From: a virus
DNA: 47,482 nt
Virus record (IMG/VR): IMGVR_UViG_3300044470_000442
Span: 1-47,482 of that record
Strand: one strand, 5' to 3'
Numbering within the stretch: position 1 is the stretch's first letter; each line of letters begins with the position of its first letter. The notes beneath the pieces are model-generated. The model had not been told where the DNA came from. It saw nothing but the letters and a program-made list of their open reading frames with translations, and ran no database searches. Of the stretch, positions 43,028 to 47,482 are shown piece by piece. Made by a program: the position numbers and the translations under genes.

Positions 43028-43207
43028 CTAACCGGAACCGGAACCGGAACAGTAACCGTCACCGGAACCGTCACCGGAACCGTAACCGGAACCGTCACCG
43101 TAACCGGAACCGTAACCGGAACCGTCACCGTAACCGGAACCGTAACCGGAACCGGAACCGGAACCGGAACCGGAACCGGAACCGTCACCGTAACCGGAAC
43201 CCTTCAT
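43028..43207 (-). CDS. Gly/Ser/Tyr/Asp repeat micro-protein (59 aa), low complexity
   Basis: The ATG at 43207 is 2 nt after the upstream stop, and the stop is 3 nt before the AAA_24 start, which has no SD of its own. Translates to MKGSGYGDGSGSGSGSGSGSGYGSGYGDGSGYGSGYGDGSGYGSGDGSGDGYCSGSGSG. Confidence 0.45.
   Translation of the reverse strand: MKGSGYGDGSGSGSGSGSGSGYGSGYGDGSGYGSGYGDGSGYGSGDGSGDGYCSGSGSG
43031..43201. repeat. tandem hexanucleotide repeat tract (GGAACC / GTAACC / GTCACC units) including a perfect 30-bp tandem duplication
   Basis: Read directly. CGTAACCGGAACCGTCACCGTAACCGGAAC occurs at 43081..43110 and again at 43111..43140. A run of (GGAACC)n lies at about 43148..43183. Confidence 0.9.
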
Positions 43208-43209
43208 GG

Positions 43210-43509
43210 TCAATGTGTTTTCCACTCCGGTACCTCCTGAATAATTTTTCGTGCTTCTGCACTGCATGGAATAATCTCAATTGCCTCTGTAAGAGTTATT
43301 TCCGGCACCACAGCAGGAAATTTACAGTTGCCTGGTTTTGATACGCCGCGAACTGCCAGTTCAGACAACGACGCGGCACCGTCCCAGTACCACAAGCGCC
43401 GGGAGTCCTTGAGGATAACCTCTTTTCCCTTGCGGTAAATAAGCGTACCGGCATGTACCCCTGCCGAGTAGGTTCTAACTATGACATACGGTGCCTCGAC
43501 TTTTTTCAT
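43210..43509 (-). CDS. conserved-looking phage protein of unknown function (99 aa)
   Basis: Translates to MKKVEAPYVIVRTYSAGVHAGTL...RRLWYWDGAASLSELA... I recall similar sequences in many phage replication modules, with no assigned function. Confidence 0.6.
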   Translation of the reverse strand: MKKVEAPYVIVRTYSAGVHAGTLIYRKGKEVILKDSRRLWYWDGAASLSELAVRGVSKPGNCKFPAVVPEITLTEAIEIIPCSAEARKIIQEVPEWKTH

Positions 43510-43709
43510 TGGACCCTCCTTTGGTTAATTCCCATAGCGTCATTTATGATCTTAGACATGTTTTCAAGAAACTCCCTAAGCGTTATTATGCTTTTTTCTT
43601 CGCTGAGTTTTCGGACTAAAATATCATGGACCTCAAAATACGACGTTTCTGAGAAATCAATATCTTCTATGGCGTTCTCAACAAACTTCTGAGCGTCGAG
43701 TATATCCAT
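43506..43709 (-). CDS. hypothetical acidic small protein (67 aa)
   Basis: ORF chained to its neighbours by 4-nt and 2-nt junctions. No family recognised. Confidence 0.5.
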   Translation of the reverse strand: MDILDAQKFVENAIEDIDFSETSYFEVHDILVRKLSEEKSIITLREFLENMSKIINDAMGINQRRVQ

Positions 43710-43711
43710 GA

Positions 43712-44551
43712 TTAAGAGTCCAGTTCAACGAACAGAGTCTTTTTCTTTGTCAAGTTTGAATAGTCATCGTTGGCACAGGCGCTGGAAAAAGAACATCCCG
43801 AATACATATCACAGGCGCAAAGATTATGCCACCAAACCTGTCTTGTTTTTAAGTCCTTGAGTTTGGCAAGTAGCTCAAACTCAAATTGTTCCAAATCCTT
43901 GACCGACCACTGGATGATCCAGCGATGAAAATAATAATCCGGGTTCTTTTTTATATCGGCCTCAAGACCCGCTTTTTTTGAAAACCTGATTACGTTGTGT
44001 ATCGTTTTCTCCGGAGGACGGCGGTACATGACTCTAAAAGCCAGCGCGTAGAACATAGACTGAAAATGGAGAGCCAGGGTCTTTTCGTAGTTGTTGGATA
44101 TCTGGCCCCGTGTTTTTGTTTCCATCAAATCAACTCCGTCCATTATGTCGTCCATCTTTCCCCTAAACCGGAATCCTTTGTATTGAATATCAAACTTGAG
44201 CTCAGGGTTGTGCTTTCTGTCCATGTCCGAGGCGTACTTGAGCTGGTACCCCTTAAAAAGAATTGTTGCCGTTTCCTGCATAAACGCTGCTTCCTCGGGT
44301 GTGATGGTTCCCTCGAAAGAATAATCGTTGATCGCCTTTGCTATCGCTGTTTTTGTCTTTCCTTGGTACCAGAGATCAAGGACACTGTGGAAGAGTGAAC
44401 CGAACTGCAGCGCAGTGCTTGGTTCCTTTGACTTCCAAAGGTTGATGTCAAATAAGAACTTTCTCGGACACATCATATAGCTGGTCAGAAGGGAAGAGGT
44501 TATCCCCGTTCCTTCCAGCGAATAGGTTTTAAGACCTTGTTCCAATACCAT
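43712..44551 (-). CDS. PD-(D/E)XK nuclease, Cas4/RecB-like with Fe-S cysteines
   Basis: 279 aa. N-terminal Cys (YMMCPRKF), FGSLFH, DLMETKT (D...E-x-K) and the C-terminal cysteine cluster CACDMYSGCSFSSAC. Confidence 0.7.
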   Translation of the reverse strand: MVLEQGLKTYSLEGTGITSSLLTSYMMCPRKFLFDINLWKSKEPSTALQFGSLFHSVLDLWYQGKTKTAIAKAINDYSFEGTITPEEAAFMQETATILFKGYQLKYASDMDRKHNPELKFDIQYKGFRFRGKMDDIMDGVDLMETKTRGQISNNYEKTLALHFQSMFYALAFRVMYRRPPEKTIHNVIRFSKKAGLEADIKKNPDYYFHRWIIQWSVKDLEQFEFELLAKLKDLKTRQVWWHNLCACDMYSGCSFSSACANDDYSNLTKKKTLFVELDS

Positions 44552-45056
44552 GGTAGAGCCTCGCTAATTTGAAAAGGTTTGATTTATAAGACTGAGCCCT
44601 TACCCCACCTGATCTGAGAAGAGCAGAGGGGTGAGTTATTTTTACAGAGTCCGAATAAACTTTTGAAAACTGTTTCTGAGCAACATCGCCAACAAGAACG
44701 ATGAACTTCGGTTCCGCCTGTTCAATGATAGACTTTACATTAGCAATGCAGTTCACGATTTCCCTTGGTATTGGTTCTCTGTTCTTTCCACCCTTATAAT
44801 CACAGGGTCGACAAAGTACGGTGTTCGTAAAATATTTTGGTACCTCCGCGAGTCCCGCCTTTTCTATCATCTTGTCAAGAAAGCGGCCACTCTCCCCTAT
44901 AAACGCCTTTCCCAAAAGGTCCTCCGACACCCCAGGCGCTTCACCTATGAAAAGGATATCGCAGGGAATCTCTCCCCTTCCGAGCACCACTTGGTGCCTG
45001 AACTTACAGAGGGGACATTCCTGACATTGTTTTATTTCAGAAAGCCTTTTTTCCAT
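44529..45056 (-). CDS. uracil-DNA glycosylase family 4-like protein
   Basis: I prefer the ATG at 45056 (MEKRLSEIKQCQECPLC...). Motif A is GEAPGVSEDLLGKAFIGESG, motif B is HPSALLR, and Fe-S-type cysteines are present. Confidence 0.75.
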   Translation of the reverse strand: MEKRLSEIKQCQECPLCKFRHQVVLGRGEIPCDILFIGEAPGVSEDLLGKAFIGESGRFLDKMIEKAGLAEVPKYFTNTVLCRPCDYKGGKNREPIPREIVNCIANVKSIIEQAEPKFIVLVGDVAQKQFSKVYSDSVKITHPSALLRSGGVRAQSYKSNLFKLARLYHGIGTRS

Positions 45057-45526
45057 AAACCAATACCAACCGCCGCCGCTATGTGATCTGAGGAGTAGTC
45101 CTCCCCTACGATCCGCGCGCACCAGCTCCGTAGAACTGGATACGGTAGTTGTCCTTTCCAATTAGGATCAACGATTTGTATTACTGCCTCAGGGTATTTT
45201 CCTCTTATGAACGAATAGTAAGACCCGACGATATATGCCAAAAGAGAAAGGTTTCCACGAGAAGCCGATGTTATGGATTTTAAAGAAGAGGTCCAAACCC
45301 TCACCCCTTCTATACAGACATTATCAAGTTTTCCTATCCTGTATCTTACAAAGAAATCTTCGAGTTTTAAAATAAGATCATCGAGTTGTTTCTCCGGAGT
45401 CTTAGCACTTTTCGTGACATTAAACTGGTCTACGAAAAGAGGAGCCATTTTGTTTTCGTTCATTGAAAACATAGCCAGTCCGGTGTGGATACCGGGGTCA
45501 ATGGTTAGTACGGTTTCGTATTCCAT
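45032..45526 (-). CDS. RuvC-like Holliday junction resolvase
   Basis: 164 aa. LTIDPGIHTG (catalytic Asp), CIEGV (Glu) and the C-terminal SSDHIAAAVGIG, consistent with an RNase-H-fold resolvase. Confidence 0.7.
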   Translation of the reverse strand: MEYETVLTIDPGIHTGLAMFSMNENKMAPLFVDQFNVTKSAKTPEKQLDDLILKLEDFFVRYRIGKLDNVCIEGVRVWTSSLKSITSASRGNLSLLAYIVGSYYSFIRGKYPEAVIQIVDPNWKGQLPYPVLRSWCARIVGEDYSSDHIAAAVGIGLWKKGFLK

Positions 45527-46829
45527 TTATCAAGCTCCTCATCATCATGTTTTTGTCCTCTTTGCGCTGGAGTGATTCCCAGATGTCCGTGTCGACTGTG
45601 TCCTCCATTGCCAGGTTTATAATAAGACAGGAGTTCTGCTTGCTTAAATCAAGGGTCCTGTCCTTTGATTGTTGATAAGTCAGAAGGGCCTCGGGAAGTG
45701 AATAATAAACAAGGGTCGAGGCCGCGCTCAATGTCGTGCCGAACTTCCATGTCTCAGGCTGGGCAACCAGGTGCTGAAATTTCCCTTTTTGAAAACTTTG
45801 TCTAAACTCCTCCCTGTCGCTGGGAGAAACTTCTCCACAGATATACGGGCAACGAAGATGACCAGCCAGGACTTTAACTTCGTGGACGTACCAGGCCCAA
45901 ATAACAACCTGTTCGTTTTTGAGTTCTCCCTTTAAAAGATCACTGAGAGTGTCGATTTTTTGTGAACTGATGAGTCTTTTCCCAGCGAACCCGCCACACA
46001 GCTGGCGCAAAAGACCAAACTTGACCCCGGCAAATACCGTCGACTGTTCGATCTCTTCGTATTTCACTATGAACTCGTTTTCTAATTTATCATAGATCTT
46101 GCGGTACTTTGTGTCCATTTTTAAAAGGCGCTTTTCGATAATCTGTTCGTTATCAAGGTTGACGTCTTTTCTTTTAAGAAAAAAGCAATGATGTGCCAGC
46201 CGCTGGGAAAGAACTTTTCTCATCGGTGGGCGAATAACGAACTCGAATCCGCACTGAGAAAACCAGTTAAGCCTATATTGCCAAAAATTTTTGCAGCCAA
46301 GAATTGCCGGGTTTATGAACTCCAGCTGTGAATAATAATCAAGTTCTCCTTCTGGCGCCGGAGTTCCTGAGAGTATTATTTTGTGCGGTACCTTTTCAAA
46401 GTTCCTGGTGAAAAATTTTGTTACCTTTGCCTTCGGGTTCTTGATAAAGGTGCTCTCGTCGAGGATGATAACGTCCCACCCCTTTTGAGCTATTTCAGGA
46501 AGGGTGAGGTGCCCTTCTTTATTGATCAGGAACCAGACCCGTTTTCCTTCTCTTTTAAAGCGTGTGTAAAGCGTTTCCCGGCGTTCTGCCGGCTTACCCG
46601 TAAGATATAGGGGCGCCCCTTCGTTCTCCTGCCCTAGGTCGTCCTTCCAACCGGAAAGGGCCGAATAAGGGGCAACGACGAGGATCATAGTTACGCCTGG
46701 GAGTTGCTTGATGTAACGAATAGAGCAGAGGGTTTTTCCCAGACGCATCTCCATAAATAGGGCCGCTCCCCTCGGGTTCTTTCTGAGGTATCTTATTGCT
46801 TCGATTTGGTAAGGGCGTAATTTTCGCAT
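45498..46829 (-). CDS. SNF2-family helicase
   Basis: 443 aa. LRPYQ, the GKT P-loop (EMRLGKTL), the DExx box VIILDESTFIKN, and C-terminal helicase motifs. Confidence 0.85.
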   Translation of the reverse strand: MRKLRPYQIEAIRYLRKNPRGAALFMEMRLGKTLCSIRYIKQLPGVTMILVVAPYSALSGWKDDLGQENEGAPLYLTGKPAERRETLYTRFKREGKRVWFLINKEGHLTLPEIAQKGWDVIILDESTFIKNPKAKVTKFFTRNFEKVPHKIILSGTPAPEGELDYYSQLEFINPAILGCKNFWQYRLNWFSQCGFEFVIRPPMRKVLSQRLAHHCFFLKRKDVNLDNEQIIEKRLLKMDTKYRKIYDKLENEFIVKYEEIEQSTVFAGVKFGLLRQLCGGFAGKRLISSQKIDTLSDLLKGELKNEQVVIWAWYVHEVKVLAGHLRCPYICGEVSPSDREEFRQSFQKGKFQHLVAQPETWKFGTTLSAASTLVYYSLPEALLTYQQSKDRTLDLSKQNSCLIINLAMEDTVDTDIWESLQRKEDKNMMMRSLINGIRNRTNH

Positions 46830-46859
46830 ATTGTTTCTCTGTTGCCAAAAGGCAGGGAG

Positions 46860-46896
46860 GTCGAGCGGTGGTGAATGGTTAATTCCACCGCTCGAC
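46860..46896 (-). terminator. strong hairpin between the 162-aa ORF and the SNF2 gene (terminator/attenuator candidate)
   Basis: 12-bp perfect stem GTCGAGCGGTGG (46860..46871) / CCACCGCTCGAC (46885..46896) with a 13-nt loop. On the minus strand it is followed by CTCCCTGCCTTTTGG. Confidence 0.45.
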
Positions 46897-46928
46897 GCCT
46901 GCTAAGCCACGGTCCTTGTTACGGAGGG

Positions 46929-47417
46929 TCAACCCTTTGGCAGGGAACCTATGGCCTTTTTGAGAATCTCTTTTCCTTTGGGTTTCGTTTCGGGTTTTGT
47001 CCGAACGAACTCAACGAGTTTGTCTTTGTCGTTGCGGGTCCAGCGATGCAGAGGGAGAAGCTTTGCCTTTGTGTCAGGTACTTTTACGCGCGATGAATTG
47101 ATGTGACCGCGCACCTGTGCGACGTAAATTTTGTCCTCAGGCACCTTTTTTTCTTTTGAGACGAGTTTGATAATTTCCTCGTCAGTGTGCTTGTTCTCCA
47201 AAAGATAATCCACGGTCAGGGAGAACACCGAAGGTTTTCTGTCGTCCTTTTTGGCAACCGGAGTGACCTTTTTGGCAACTGGTGCTTTGACCGGTGCTCC
47301 CGGGTTCTTTGCCGGGCTTTCGTCGTCTTCCTGTTCCGGCGTTCCTATGTACGGTTTTGCCGTGGGTTGCGAGATTGCTTTTTTTGACACTGCCTCTGAC
47401 TTTTTGATAATGGCCAT
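46929..47417 (-). CDS. hypothetical Lys-rich protein (162 aa)
   Basis: Its start codon lies in the terminal repeat. The N-terminus is disordered and Pro/Lys/Ala-rich. No family recognised. Confidence 0.55.
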   Translation of the reverse strand: MAIIKKSEAVSKKAISQPTAKPYIGTPEQEDDESPAKNPGAPVKAPVAKKVTPVAKKDDRKPSVFSLTVDYLLENKHTDEEIIKLVSKEKKVPEDKIYVAQVRGHINSSRVKVPDTKAKLLPLHRWTRNDKDKLVEFVRTKPETKPKGKEILKKAIGSLPKG

Positions 47418-47482
47418 TAGGCCCTCCTTGTGTCTGGTGTAAAAAACTTACTGTTTACTGTGTGACTGAGCTTAAAATATTC
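47356..47482. repeat. Terminal direct repeat, copy B (identical to 1..127)
   Basis: Same comparison as copy A. The repeat contains the start codon (47417) of the 162-aa minus-strand ORF. Confidence 0.95.

Noticed and set aside
43028-43207. Possible CRISPR-like or minisatellite array
   Set aside because: The repeat unit is 6 bp (30 bp at most) with no unique spacers and no cas genes, so it is not a CRISPR. It is kept as a tandem repeat and micro-ORF finding instead.
1-47482. Lysogeny module (integrase, CI-like repressor, att site), tRNA genes, toxin-antitoxin or known defence systems
   Set aside because: I looked through all ORFs and intergenic gaps. No tyrosine or serine recombinase motifs are present and no cloverleaf-capable gaps exist, since all gaps are at most 222 bp and AT-rich or hairpin-only. 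I recognised no defence-system signature.

Overview
The window reads as a complete, circularly closed tailed-phage genome. Bases 1-127 are identical to bases 47356-47482, which leaves about 47,355 bp of unique sequence. Two gene arms diverge from an AT-rich control region at 2361-2582. The rightward arm (2583-30617, + strand) encodes small and large terminase, portal, MuF-like head protein, scaffold, a P22-type major capsid protein, neck and tail proteins, frameshifted tail chaperones, tape measure, distal tail and fibre proteins, and a lysis cassette. The leftward arm runs on the - strand from 2324 down to 100, wraps across the window end, and continues from 47417 down to 30606. It encodes early genes, a replication/recombination module (SNF2 helicase, RuvC-like resolvase, family-4 UDG, Cas4-like nuclease, AAA_24 ATPase, DUF669 SSB-like protein, family A DNA polymerase, primase-helicase) and small terminal ORFs. 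It also carries a translationally coupled 7-deazaguanine DNA-modification operon: ParB/DpdB-like, DpdA, QueC, QueD, QueE and a PRTase-FolE fusion. I saw no integrase, tRNA, rRNA, CRISPR array or reverse transcriptase. The least expected content is three small-molecule enzymes embedded in the structural (late) arm: an agmatine-deiminase/PAD-like protein between terminase and portal, and a coupled pair (amidinotransferase-fold enzyme plus phosphatidylserine-decarboxylase-family pyruvoyl enzyme) between the major tail protein and the tail chaperones. Other notable points are the phage DpdA paired with a DpdB-like ParB protein, a Gpt-like PRTase fused to GTP cyclohydrolase I, an 18-bp triplet-repeat inverted repeat encoding twin poly-Ala tracts in dpdA, and a Gly/Ser/Tyr/Asp repeat micro-ORF in the replication module. 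All functional calls rest on motifs read by eye and remembered family signatures; no database search was run.
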